A DNA stretch of 64,000 nt from an uncultured Actinomycetes bacterium (GCA_963706025.1 CAVPLM010000005.1:992001-1056000); one strand, 5' to 3'. Positions 49,999-61,013 are shown, counted from the stretch's first letter. The notes: generated from the sequence alone by a model not told the origin. Numbers and translations: made by a program.

Positions 49999-51678
49999 GT
50001 GAAAAGGAGCATGAGAGTCCTGTTGTCGACCGTCACCTGCGCGCTTGTGCTTGCGTTCGGCATGACCGCGACGGCTTGGGCCGTTGACGAGGTACCGGCA
50101 GAGACCTGGCAGGTAAGGACCATCCCTACGCCGGTGTCAGGGGTGCAACCTTCCTTCATCGCCGCCGAAAGCGGGCGCTTGGCCTGGACGGGAGCGGGCG
50201 GAGGGAACTCCCGCATGTTCGTCTACAACCTTTCCGTCGGCGCCAACGCGACCATTCCGGTGAGACTGCCCGGCGCCTACTTCAACCCTTGCGCCGACGG
50301 TCCCTGGGTTGCCTTCCAGGGTCACACCACCGGAGCCTTCGACGACATCTACCTCTACGACACGGCGAACGGGGAGGTAAGCCGGATCACCAACAACGCG
50401 GACGCGGGAGACTGGAACGACTGGAATCCCCGCATGGACAGCGACCGTATCGTGTGGGAGAAGGACATGCTCGGCTCCAGTCCCAAGCCCGGGATCTATC
50501 TCTACGACATCGCTCTCGGCACTCGTTCGCTGATCATCCCCGGCGCCCAATACCGCAACCCGGACATCTGGGGCGACTTTGTGGTCTGCGTCAAGAACGA
50601 CCAGACCCTCGGGGTCAACGGTTCGGAGATAGTGCTCTACAACCTGGTGACCAAGACGGAGCAGTCCATACAGATAGCCACCGGTACCATGAACAACGAC
50701 GGTCCCTGCATCGATTCGGGCTGGGTCGTGTGGTCATCCGGTGACATCTGGCAGGCCGGGGGCACCGACCGTTCGTCCTCGTACCAGATATACGCGTACG
50801 AGATAGCCAGCGGTAGGACCATCCCTGTCACGAACAACGTGGCCGGCAACTTCAATCCCTCCATCGAAGGCAACACGGTGGCGTGGGAGACAAAGCAGCC
50901 CAACGCCATCATGACCTACGACATCCCCTCCGCGACCATCGTCCAGGTCTCGCAGGTGGCCCAGGCGGGCGAGACGGTGAGGTCTCCCGACGTGGACGGC
51001 TCCGCCATCGCCTGGTACGGCAACAAGGGTCTTTCCTACGCGGTCCGCGGTTCCCAGGCTACAACATTCCCCGACGTGCCGGCCGATCACCCCTACTTCA
51101 CCGCCATCGAAGGCATGGCGGCGCTCGAGATCATCGCGGGCTACCAGAACGGCAACTTCGGGCCGGCCGACCCGGTCATCCGCCAGCAGTTCGCCAAGAT
51201 GATCGTGCTCACCATGGCCGTGAACGACCCCGCGAACTTCACCGCCACAACGAACGACAGGTTCCTCTTCACCGACGCCCCGGCGATGATCGCCGAGACC
51301 AAGGCCGGCGAGCTCTATCCCTATCACTACGTGTCCAAAGCGGCCATCACCGGGCTGACAGTGGGCTACCCTGACGGCTCGTTCAGGCCTTTGAACAAGA
51401 TCACTCGAGCCCAGGTGATCACCATGATCGTCCGAGCGGGGAGCCGGGTGCTCCAGTCACCGCCGAGCACGTGGAGAGGCGTCCTGGACTACACCGACCC
51501 CACCCACGGCCAGAACATCAGGATCGCGGAGTTCAACGGCCTCCTGAACGGAATCGTGGGTAACCCCAGCGGGACCCTGAACGGTTGGAACACCAAAGGC
51601 GACGCCACCCGCGGAGAGGTGGCGCAGATGCTCTGGAACCTGTTGGGCAGGCTCACTCCCGCCGCCCCCGCGGGGTAG
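49999..51678 (+). CDS. Secreted beta-propeller plus SLH domain protein
   Basis: Signal peptide, repeated P.I.G..V.W...IY.YD blades, FPDVPADHPYF..IIAGY..FGP..IRQQFAKM, ITRAQV, ATRGEVAQM. Confidence 0.85.
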   Translation: MKRSMRVLLSTVTCALVLAFGMTATAWAVDEVPAETWQVRTIPTPVSGVQPSFIAAESGRLAWTGAGGGNSRMFVYNLSVGANATIPVRLPGAYFNPCADGPWVAFQGHTTGAFDDIYLYDTANGEVSRITNNADAGDWNDWNPRMDSDRIVWEKDMLGSSPKPGIYLYDIALGTRSLIIPGAQYRNPDIWGDFVVCVKNDQTLGVNGSEIVLYNLVTKTEQSIQIATGTMNNDGPCIDSGWVVWSSGDIWQAGGTDRSSSYQIYAYEIASGRTIPVTNNVAGNFNPSIEGNTVAWETKQPNAIMTYDIPSATIVQVSQVAQAGETVRSPDVDGSAIAWYGNKGLSYAVRGSQATTFPDVPADHPYFTAIEGMAALEIIAGYQNGNFGPADPVIRQQFAKMIVLTMAVNDPANFTATTNDRFLFTDAPAMIAETKAGELYPYHYVSKAAITGLTVGYPDGSFRPLNKITRAQVITMIVRAGSRVLQSPPSTWRGVLDYTDPTHGQNIRIAEFNGLLNGIVGNPSGTLNGWNTKGDATRGEVAQMLWNLLGRLTPAAPAG

Positions 51679-51724
51679 CGGGCGGGGTAGCCGGGCCCCT
51701 TCCGAGGCCCTGCGCCTCAGCGAC

Positions 51725-52180
51725 CTAGTAGCGGGGCCTGTCGAGCGACTCCCGGTAGAACTGCTCTACACCCACTTCGCGCATGCGATCGTTGTTGCCG
51801 CGCCAGCGGCGGTCCATGTTCTCCGGGTAGCTATTCCGCTCGCACGGGTATTCATCGCATTGGAAGCAGTAGTCGACACCCTTCTCTTGGTGACAGACGC
51901 GGGCGGCGCAGAACGGCAGTGGACAGCCCCCAGCGCGGCATCCCGCGCATGTCGCCTCTGTGAAGAACCCGAGGATCTCGACGAAACGGTCGTAGTCCTC
52001 AAGAACGGGGGCGCGATCGGCTACCTTGGGAGCCATGTTCTCGAAGCCCTCCAGTGATTCGGCCAGTTCCGTGGCCAGCCGCCTGATCCTCCCTCTCTCG
52101 TAGCGGACGCACCGTTCGCAGTCCAGACCGCAGGGCGCGACCCTCTCGAGGATCTCTTCGTATGTGGGGCCGGTCTCCAT
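51725..52180 (-). CDS. DUF3795 family Cys-rich protein
   Basis: APCGLDCERC, CAGCR..C..C..C, YCFQCDEYPC. Confidence 0.85.
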   Translation of the reverse strand: METGPTYEEILERVAPCGLDCERCVRYERGRIRRLATELAESLEGFENMAPKVADRAPVLEDYDRFVEILGFFTEATCAGCRAGGCPLPFCAARVCHQEKGVDYCFQCDEYPCERNSYPENMDRRWRGNNDRMREVGVEQFYRESLDRPRY

Positions 52181-52294
52181 GTGCTCTCTCTGTCGCTTCG
52201 AACGCCCGCCCCATTCTACGCCTCGGCGGCTCGTCGCGGCGCGGCGGCTCCCAGCACCGTGGCGGCTCGTCGCGGCGCGGCGTAGACTACCGCC

Positions 52295-52785
52295 ATGAGC
52301 TCTCTGCCTTTCGTCGATCCGGCCCGTTAGCGATGAGGACAGCGCCTGGGTCCTCAGCATGGTCCGCGAGTGGGGAGCCGACTTCGTCGTCTCCCGAGGG
52401 TCGAAAGATCTTTCCCGCCCGGCTCCCCGGTTTCTGTGCGGTCGGGCTTGAGGGGAAAAGGCTCGGTCTCGCCACCTACGAGATCATCAACGAGGAGTGT
52501 CAAATGGTGACTTTGCACGCCCTGAGGCCGCACGAGGGCATCGGTACCGCCCTGACGGTCGCCGTGCGCGATGCAGCCGTCGCCGCCGGCTGCCGCCGTC
52601 TGTGGCTTGTCACAACCAACGACAATCTCGACGCCCTTCGTTTCTACCAGCGGCGGGGTTTCGATTTGGTGGCCGTCCACCGCGACCTCCGCGAGGTGGC
52701 CCGGCGACTGAAACCATCGATCCCTCTGGTAGGGAACTTCGGGATACCGATCCGCGACGAGATCGAACTGGAGCTGGCGACTTGA
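52295..52785 (+). CDS. GNAT N-acetyltransferase, frameshifted near the 5' end
   Basis: EGIGTAL, LWLVTTNDNLDALRFYQRRGF, KPSIP..GIPIRDEIELE. Confidence 0.85.
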
Positions 52786-53480
52786 CACACCTTGAACCCG
52801 ATCGCGCCGTCGTCTTCGACCTCGATGGAGTAATCCTCGACTCCGAGCACGTCTGGGAGCGGGTGATGCAGGAGTTGTTCGCCACCCACGACCTTCGCTT
52901 CAGCGACCTCGATCAAGATTCGTTCCTGGGGGGTGACAACTCCCGGCAGTGGGCCGCCTACCTCCGCCACGTGGGCGGAATCCCGCTGACGGAGGATGAG
53001 ATCCTCGGATGGGTGACCGGGAGGCTGATCGGCTACTACACCGAGTCACTGCCGTTGGTGCCCGGCGCCCCGGAGGCAGTGGCAGGCCTCGCATCGAGCT
53101 ACCGTCTGGCGCTCGCCAGCTCTTCCCCACGAGAGATCATAGCGTTCGTGCTCGAGAGGTCGGGGTTGCAGCGGTTCTTCACTGCCTGGGCATCATCGGA
53201 CGACGTACCCCGGGGCAAGCCCGCGCCGGACGTGTACCAGAGGGCGTGCAGTCTGGTCGAGACCGACCCCACCTATTGTGTGGCGGTCGAGGACTCCCGC
53301 GTGGGAATCCGGGCGGCGAGGTCGGCAGGACTCAGGGTGATCGCCATCCCCCACCTCTCTCTCCCGCTCGACCCGGCTTCGCTCGAGCTGGTCGACCTCG
53401 CCCTTGCCTCCATCAGTCAGTTGAAAGTGGAGACGGTGCGATCCGTCTTCTTTTCCTGTCCGAGCCGACAGATACTCTGA
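52782..53480 (+). CDS. HAD family phosphatase (IA)
   Basis: FDLDGVILDSE, ASSS, GKPAPDVY, VEDS..G. Confidence 0.92.
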   Translation: MTHLEPDRAVVFDLDGVILDSEHVWERVMQELFATHDLRFSDLDQDSFLGGDNSRQWAAYLRHVGGIPLTEDEILGWVTGRLIGYYTESLPLVPGAPEAVAGLASSYRLALASSSPREIIAFVLERSGLQRFFTAWASSDDVPRGKPAPDVYQRACSLVETDPTYCVAVEDSRVGIRAARSAGLRVIAIPHLSLPLDPASLELVDLALASISQLKVETVRSVFFSCPSRQIL

Positions 53481-53484
53481 TCTC

Positions 53485-55026
53485 ATGAGCATCGATGCTA
53501 TCCAACGACCTATCCCGCGGCTCTCCAAGTCCCGCTACACCAGCTTCCTGAGTTGTCCGCGGCTGGGCTACCTTCGCGCCTATCCCGCCAGGTTCGGCTC
53601 GCTCTGCTCAGAGGACCCAGCTCGACAGGCCCGCCTCGACACGGGCACCCGGGTCGGAGAGCTCGCTCGTGAGTACTATCCGAGCGGTCTCTTGATCACC
53701 GCCGACCACCTCCACATACCGCAGGCACTGCGGCAGACCCGGGAGGCCCTGACAGCCGGGCGGGATGTGATCTACGAGGCGGCGATCGAGCACCAAGACA
53801 CCCTGGTGCGGGTCGATATCCTCAGGCGGCTGGAAGAGGGGTCCTTACGAGCTGATCGAGGTCAAGTCGAGCACCAAGGTCGACCCCGCGAGACACATAC
53901 CCGACGTGGCCATCCAGTTGCATGTGCTCGAATCGGCCGGTCTGCCGGTGCAGAGCGTCAACCTGATGCACATCGACCGCGACTATATCCACCAGGGGGG
54001 CGACACCTACCAGGCCCGCGATATCTTCGTTTCCGAGGACGTGACCGAGGCCGCGCGGCAGCATCTCGCCACCACCCTGCCCGCGGCGCTTCGCGACATC
54101 GCCGCCTGGCTCCGCGCCGACGAACCCCCGGAGGTCAGACCTCCGGAACTCCTGCCATGACTGCGAGTATTACGAGGGCTACTGCCGCCCCCGCGGTCCG
54201 GGATTCCCCGTGGGCGAGCTCGGCCGGGCCACTCAGGCGATCGCCCATCTCGAAGCCGCCGGCATCGCCGATCTTCGCGAGCTGAGCCCCGAGAGTATCG
54301 AATATGCGCGTTTGGTCGGTTTGTTGCGGGCGAGCACCTTGGGGCCACGCGTCATGCGGATGCTGGACGCCATACGCCACGGGGAACTGCGGGCCGGCCC
54401 CGGAGCGGCAGACGCCCTCGAGCAGGCTCCCCTTTCCCCTGCATTTCCTCGACTTCGAGTCCTGGAATCCGGCGCTGCCCGTCTTCGCCGGCACCAGGCC
54501 CTACGATCAGATCCCCTTTCAGTGGTCCGACCACCGCCTTTCGGCGGACGGCACCTTGGACCAAGCCGGCTATCTCGCGGAGGGGGAGGGGGATCCACGG
54601 GCCGGGTTGGCCGTAGAACTCGTGCGCCGACTGGCCGACGACGGCGCAGTCCTCGCCTACCACGCGGTCTTTGAACGGGATCGCCTGCAAGATCTAGCCT
54701 GCCTGTTTCCCCGTCTCGAGGGACCACTTCTCGGTATCGCCGCTCGTCTGGTCGATCTCAAGACCATAGTCGCCGATCACGTCTACCACCCAGGCTTTCA
54801 CGGCAGCTTCTCGCTCAAGGCCGTGTTGCCGGCGCTCGTGCCTGGCTGCGGCTATGGCGCGTTGGCGATCCAGGACGGCGGCAGCGCGGCCCTGGCCTAC
54901 GAGCGACTCCGGCTCCTGCCGCCCGGAACCGAGAGGGATCAGCTTCGCGCCGACATGCTCGCCTACTGCGCCCAGGATACCTGGGGCATGGTGGAGATCT
55001 ACAGGGTCTTGCGCCACCTGACCTAG
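53485..55026 (+). CDS. DUF2779 domain protein (PD-(D/E)xK/Cas4-like N-terminus plus RNase H-like domain), several frameshifts
   Basis: LSKSRY..CPR, GTRVGELAR, VRVDIL, LIEVKSST, DVAIQ, CHDCEYYEGYC, FLDFE, PYDQIPFQWS, YHAVFE, GSFSLKAVLP, YCAQDT. Confidence 0.8.
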
Positions 55027-56279
55027 GCTAGCCGGGGGGAGGTCCCCCGAGAGTCAGGCTGCCCGCCCGCGGGCGGCTCCGACGCGACATCAGAGCCGGG
55101 AGCCGGAGGCACATCCGCGGGCGCGCCTTCCTGAGGGACCGCCGGGCCGGGTGGCGCAGCAGCTGTCGCCTCCGGGTCGGCCGCGGGCCATGATCCGGTG
55201 GGGGCAGCCTGCGGTGGACCGGTCGAAGGACCGACCGGGACGACGGGCGGTCCGACGGGCGACGAGATGCCCCCCGGGCCTGTCGCCGCGGCCCATGCCG
55301 CCTGTTCTCTGGCAGCCGCCTCCCGTCTCCTCCGCCGCCTATCCCGCAGCCAGACGTAGATGGCCACGTAGGTGGCTCCGAAGCCCACCAGCCAGAGCAG
55401 ACCGATGATTATGATCCACGCCACCGGGATCCAGCGAGAGATGTTGATGATGATCACTCCCAGCACGGCGGCCAGCATCACGGTCTCGCGCTTGTCTTCC
55501 TTCGCTCCCAGTATCAACCGGCCCACCATCGCTCCCACGGCCACCAGGCCGAACAGGGACATGACCGGCAGGACTATCGCCAGCCAGGGCACCACCAGAA
55601 TGATCCCGATGATAGTGATGATCAGCGCTACGGTGATGATGGGGACGGCGATGATCGCTCCAAGGGCCCCCCAGCCGAGTGAGGAGAAGAAGTGATGTCT
55701 GACCCGTTCGCGGACCGCGGCGACCTGCCGAGGAGCGATGGCCGTTGCGATAACTGCCACCACGGCCAGGAAGACGGTGGACCAGATCCAGTTCAGGATC
55801 GAGCCTGTGCGCCAAGGCCGAAACACCGGGTCGGCGGCAGCGGACGTATCTACGCCGGGGACGCCGCCTCCCACATCGACCGTCCGGCCACGAACGGTGG
55901 CCCCCGGCTCGACCGTCACATCGCCAAATACCGAGACCACGGCCGCGTCGTCACGATTCAACCGCGCACCGACTTGGGCCCCGTCGGCGACCACCAAGTC
56001 CCCACCGACCACCACGACCACGTTCTCCACGGTCCCCCGGATCACCGCGTCCCCGCCCACGACCACGACGTTGTCCCAAATCTCGTCGGGCCCGACGACC
56101 ACATCCTCAAAGACCGCTACCTTCTGATCCCCGGACGTGTTGTCCGCGCGCGCGACTCCGGCCGCGCCGGGAGCCAGCCAGCCCACCACCGTCAACAGGA
56201 AGGCCAGCAAGAAGAGGGCGGTAGCAGCTGACGCGACCGCCGGCAGTCTCCCGCCGGTCCCAGTGCGGCGGCGCCGCAA
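55023..56279 (-). CDS. Membrane protein with an N-terminal beta-helix (bactofilin/polymer-forming-like) and multi-TM C-terminus
   Basis: Repeated VVVVGGD..I.G motifs, 5-6 TM segments, Pro/Ala-rich tail. Confidence 0.75.
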   Translation of the reverse strand: MRRRRTGTGGRLPAVASAATALFLLAFLLTVVGWLAPGAAGVARADNTSGDQKVAVFEDVVVGPDEIWDNVVVVGGDAVIRGTVENVVVVVGGDLVVADGAQVGARLNRDDAAVVSVFGDVTVEPGATVRGRTVDVGGGVPGVDTSAAADPVFRPWRTGSILNWIWSTVFLAVVAVIATAIAPRQVAAVRERVRHHFFSSLGWGALGAIIAVPIITVALIITIIGIILVVPWLAIVLPVMSLFGLVAVGAMVGRLILGAKEDKRETVMLAAVLGVIIINISRWIPVAWIIIIGLLWLVGFGATYVAIYVWLRDRRRRRREAAAREQAAWAAATGPGGISSPVGPPVVPVGPSTGPPQAAPTGSWPAADPEATAAAPPGPAVPQEGAPADVPPAPGSDVASEPPAGGQPDSRGTSPRLA

Positions 56280-56350
56280 GGGGCTCGCGTCGTCCGATGG
56301 TGCTGGATCGTGATCATCTCAACCTCCCGATCTGGTCTGCATACCCTGTC

Positions 56351-56686
56351 TCACCGCCTGTACGACTCCCAACGGAAGAAGCGCAGACTGATCAAGGCGG
56401 CGCCTACAGTTATTCCCACGACTATGATTGTCTCCATTACGTTCCATCCGAAACCCAACCAGGGGTCCTGCAACAGCCGGACCGTGTGCGTCAGGGGCAT
56501 GAATCGCGCCACCCAGACCATGGAGTCGCTCAGGACCTCGGGCGGCGGGCCGGCCCCCGATATGAATATCATGACGAACCACAGAAGCACACCCACCCCT
56601 TGAGCGGCCCGGGCCGTCGGCAGTATGGAGCCCAACATCACCCCTAGGGAGGCGAAGCAGAGCGTCCCCAGGATGACGGTCTTCAC
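56351..56686 (-). pseudogene. C-terminal fragment of an ABC-2 permease
   Basis: SLGVMLGS..PTARAAQ, FISG..PPEVL, PLTH, FFRWE. The N-terminal half and the partner ATPase are absent. Confidence 0.65.
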
Positions 56687-56995
56687 GCAGCGGTCCTTCT
56701 TCCCGTGATCCGGGTCTGCGGTCCCGTTCCTACGACCTCGATCGAATCGTTCGTAGGATTGTATCCCATGTCATCGGGGACCCGCTCGGGGCGCGCGGAG
56801 AGCACTCGGCTGAAGGCGCACCAGAGCACATCCCCGGCCGCGACGCCGGGTTTGACTTCTTCCTACCTGGGAAAGTACAAGCGGGCCGACCATGTCTGCT
56901 CGTCGGCATGGGTCCGGCTGCGCTTGCCGTCCGGTAAACGGGGGTAACGGCGGGTCTGTTCCGACCCCCGCCCGACAGAACTAGGAGATCAGCCG

Positions 56996-57394
56996 ATGAA
57001 GACACCTTACGGTATCTCGGTGGACGTCGACCTTCCCTACGAGCAAGCGGTTGCCCGGGCTACCGAGGCTCTCAAAGCCGAGGGCTTCGGAGTCCTCACG
57101 ACCATCGACGTCAAGGCGACCATGAAGGCCAAACTCGACGTGGATTTCCGCCGCTACGTCATTCTCGGCGCATGCAACCCCCCTCTTGCCCATCGGGCGC
57201 TCTCCGAGGAGCTCGAGCTGGGCTTGCTCCTGCCGTGCAACGTCATCGTATACGAACGCGATGGTGGAGGATCCACGGTATCGGCCATGAACGCCCTCGC
57301 AGCCATGAGCTTCACCGGCAACCCCGCGCTGGAACCCATCGCCGAGGAGGCCTCGGAGAGGCTGGAGAGGGCATTGTCCGCACTGGCCTCATAG
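56996..57394 (+). CDS. DUF302 domain protein
   Basis: EGFGVLTTIDV, YVILGACNP, GLLLPCNV. Confidence 0.93.
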   Translation: MKTPYGISVDVDLPYEQAVARATEALKAEGFGVLTTIDVKATMKAKLDVDFRRYVILGACNPPLAHRALSEELELGLLLPCNVIVYERDGGGSTVSAMNALAAMSFTGNPALEPIAEEASERLERALSALAS

Positions 57395-57560
57395 CGCCGG
57401 CCCACCATCCGCCTCCCGGCCTCCGGGCCGTTGAGCTGAAAGGTCGGCAACGCGATAACATCGGAGTCCGAGATCGGGGGTCGATACCCGAGTCTCGAGA
57501 CCGAAGTCCCAGAACCGCCCCCCTGCGGGCGATTCGTTTCACGGGGAGACGAAGGATTCA

Positions 57561-60230
57561 GTGACCGCGCTCCGCCAGACGCCCTTCTACGACAAGCATG
57601 TCGCGCTCGGCGCGAAGATGGTCGACTTCGCCGGCTGGCACATGCCCCTCATGTATCCCACGGGGGTGGTCGCCGAGCATCTGGCCACCCGGCGGGCGGC
57701 CGGGCTCTTCGACGTCTCCCACATGGGCCGCTTCGCCATAGGTGGCGCCGACGCTCTCCCCTTCCTGCAATACGTCCTCAGCAACAACGCGGCCGCTCTC
57801 GAAGTGGGTCAAGCTCAATACACGTTCATACCCGAGTGAGACCGGAGGCGCGGTCGACGACGCCTACCTCTACCGCTTCTTCGAGGACGAGTACCTCCTG
57901 GTGGTCAACGCCGCGAACCAGGAGAAAGACTGGGCTCACTTCCAGAGAATCCTCGCAGACACGACTCTCCGAACGCTGCAGGCGTCAGGCTGGAGGACCG
58001 CACCGAGCGACTGGCGATGCTGTCCCTCCAGGGGCCGCAGTCTCGCGCCATCGTCTCGAGGTCTGCTCGAGTCGGGCACTCTTCCGGAACCCCGTCGCAA
58101 CGAGCTTTCCCTCGTCACCATGGCCGGCGCGCGCGTGCTGCTCGCGCCGCACGGGATACACGGGGGAGCCCCTCTGCTTCGAGCTGCTCGTTCCCCGGGA
58201 GCAGGGACCCCTTGTCTGGGATCTTCTCGTGCAAGAAGGAGCCGTTCCCTGTGGCCTGGGGGCGCGGGACACCCTGCGCATGGAGGCGGCCTTGCCTCTT
58301 TACGGTAACGAGCTGGGGAGCGATCCCGGGGGCCGGGAGATCCCGATCATGTCTTCGCCGTTGGCCGCGTTCGCGGTCAGCTTCTCTCCAGTCAAGGGCG
58401 ACTTCGTCGGTCGGGAGGCGCTTCTCCGCCAGCAGGCAGCCTATCGCCGCATCCTGGCCCGCGACTACTCGCTCATCGCCGACCTCCCCCGCATGTCCCG
58501 CCCGCTCGCCGTCACCGGGCGGGGCGTGGCCCGGGCAGGTTCGCCGGTGACAAAGGCCGGCCGCCAGGTGGGCTGGGTCACGAGCGGCACCATGGTCCCC
58601 TACTGGAAGATGACCGGCGAGAAGCTTGGACTCGCGCCCCGAGCGAGGAGTACGAGCTACGCTCGATCTGTCTGGCGTTGCTGGACAGCGACATCGTGGA
58701 GGACGAGGAATTGACCGTCGACATCCGCGGCAAGGACGTCCTGGCCGTGGTGACGCCCTATCACCTGCGGGCGGACGCCCCACCCTACGCCAGGCCCATC
58801 GTCTACCCGTTCCAGCCCCCGCGACCTGCCCAGCGCCGGCGCCGGACATCCCCGGGGAGTTGCTACGCCTGCTCGAGAAGACGCTCGAGAACCACCGTCT
58901 GGCGGCAGGAGGAGTGCTTCAACCTCATCCCCTCCGAGATGACCACATCGCCGCTCGTGCGCCTGGTCTCGGTGATGGACCCGGCCTTCCGCTATGCCGA
59001 GCACCGCAAGCTCGAGGCCTTCTACGATTCCGACGTCTTCTACTACCAGGGCACCGGCTTCATCGACGAGGTGGAGCAGCTTGCTCGAGGCGGAGCTGTG
59101 CCGCTTCCTCGAGCTGCACCGAGGCCGAGACCCGGGTGGTGAGCGGCCAGATGGCCAACGCGGCGGTCTTCTCCGCCCTCGTCGATTACCTCAACCGCTG
59201 GAACCGCAAAGCCGAGCCCCGCCGCATCGGCATGGTCATGAACAACCACATCGGCAAGGGCGGCCACTTGAGCGCCCAACCCATGGGAGCGCTCAAGGAC
59301 TACGTGGCCATCGACCCGCGGACCGACCGGCCGGCGGTGGTCAACTTCCCCGTGCTTCCCGACAACCACTACCGCATCGACGTGCCTCGCACCCTGGATC
59401 TCATCGACCAGCACCGCCCCGAGCTCATCATCTTCGGCAAGAGCATGGTCCTGCACAAGGAGCCGGTGGCGGAGATCCGCCGCTTCCTCGACGACCAAGG
59501 CTTGGATGCGGTGATCATGTACGACATGGCCCACGTCCTCGGGCTGACGGGACCGCACTTCCAGCAGCCCTTCGCCGAAGGCGCCGATCTGGTCACCGGG
59601 TCGACCCACAAGACCTTCTTCGGCACCCAGCGGGGAGTGATAGGGAGCCGCATCCACGAGCAGGAGGAGCGATACGAGCTGTGGGAAGCCGTGCGCCGGC
59701 GTACCTTCCCAGGGTCGGTCTCCAATCACCACCTCGGTACCCTCCTCGGCCTGCTGGTGGCGGCCTACGAGATGAACCACTTCAAGGACGCCTACCAGAA
59801 AGCCGTCATCGCCAACGCCAAGGCCTTCGCCCGTGCGCTGGCGGACGCCGGACTGCACGTGGCCGGCGATCCGGCCATCGGCTTCACCGAGACCCACCAG
59901 GTGGTGGTGGAGGTGGGCTACGGGCGCGGGCCGGAGATCGCCCGCCGCTTGGAAGCGAACAACATCATCTGCAACTACCAGGCCAGCCCCGACGAGGAGG
60001 GCTTCACCGCAGCCGGCGCGCTGCGTCTGGGAGTGGCGGAGATGACCCGTTTCGGCATGTCGGCCGCCGACTTCTCCGCCTTGGCCCAACTCCTGGCCGC
60101 GGTCGTTCTCGAGAACGCGCCGGCCAAGGACGAGGTCCAACAGTTCCGCAAGGGCTTCATCGAGATGCAATACTGCTTCCGGGAGGCGGACTTTCCTGAA
60201 GTCGCAGCCCGGCTCCGCGACCTGCTCTGA
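57561..60230 (+). CDS. gcvT-glyA: Fused aminomethyltransferase (GcvT) and serine hydroxymethyltransferase, multiple frameshifts
   Basis: TPFY..H..GAKMVDFAGW, FDVSHMG, LVVNAAN, QGP, RTGYTGE, GARDTLRMEA, GWVTSG, then NLIPSE, YAE, SGQMAN, GGHLS, DMAHVLGL, STHKTFFGTQRG, FPG..SNHH. Confidence 0.85.
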
Positions 60231-60305
60231 CCCGGCGCTACTCGGAGCGATCCATCGTCCTGTCGCGCGACCGCACCTGTCGGCAGAGCGCCTTCTGAAA
60301 GAGCT

Positions 60306-60812
60306 CTAAGCCCCCGACCGCTGGATGGTGGCTTCCGCCTCCGGGCCGACGAAAGCCAGATCCTTGCCCAGTTCTATCGAGGCCGGGACGGGGAGGAACG
60401 AGCGACCGCCGAACGTGTCGGCGAAGAAGCCACCTGAGAGCTCGTACCCCTGCACCGCGCCGGTCTGGTCGTCGAATCGGAAGTCCTCGATCTTGCCCAG
60501 GTCCTTGCCCTCGGTCGTGTGCAGCCGAAGTCCGTGGATACGCAGGTCCAGGTCGAGAACGCTCTTGATGTCGGGCGCGTCATCAGCCTTGACCACGCTC
60601 TCGGCCGCGTTCAAGACCACGGAATCCGGCCCTATGGCCTGCAGAGCCGGCCACGGAGCGACCTTCGTGCTCCGCAGCGGACCCTCGGACACGACGAAGC
60701 CCAGGACCTGCTTGCCGATGGGGTCGACCACCAGGTCCTTGATCTTGCCCAGCTCTTTTCCACCTTCTCGCGCTACCACCGCCCGACCGATCACTTCACT
60801 CGCTTTGGCCAT
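60306..60812 (-). CDS. Tandem PRC-barrel domain protein
   Basis: GKELGKIKDLVVD and GKDLGKIEDFRFD repeats. Confidence 0.88.
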   Translation of the reverse strand: MAKASEVIGRAVVAREGGKELGKIKDLVVDPIGKQVLGFVVSEGPLRSTKVAPWPALQAIGPDSVVLNAAESVVKADDAPDIKSVLDLDLRIHGLRLHTTEGKDLGKIEDFRFDDQTGAVQGYELSGGFFADTFGGRSFLPVPASIELGKDLAFVGPEAEATIQRSGA

Positions 60813-60890
60813 CACTACCTCCTTCAAGGACGGGGAACAACAGCCACATGAGGGACTCCTCAGGCGCTCAGAACGGCACCGGTCGGTGCC

Positions 60891-61013
60891 CTAGTCGAAC
60901 ATGTGAGTCGTACCCGTCAGTTCCAGAACCAGGATCACCACCAACGCCAGAACGATCAGAGCGATGACATCCCAATAGAGGCTGTGCCTACTCTTTCCAA
61001 GAAACCTGGGCAT
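60891..61013 (-). CDS. 40-aa single-TM small protein
   Basis: RBS GGAGG, MPRFLGKSRHSLYWDVIALIVLALVVILVLELTGTTHMFD. Confidence 0.6.
   Translation of the reverse strand: MPRFLGKSRHSLYWDVIALIVLALVVILVLELTGTTHMFD

Noticed and set aside
52225-52282. 22-bp direct repeat GGCGGCTCGTCGCGGCGCGGCG, two copies
   Set aside because: There are only two copies with a 14-nt gap in a GC-rich intergenic region. It is probably a local duplication.
56790-56850. GGAGAG...CTGAAGGCGCA resembling a glycine riboswitch upstream of gcvT
   Set aside because: It lacks the conserved CTCTCAGG segment and is separated from gcvT by the DUF302 gene.
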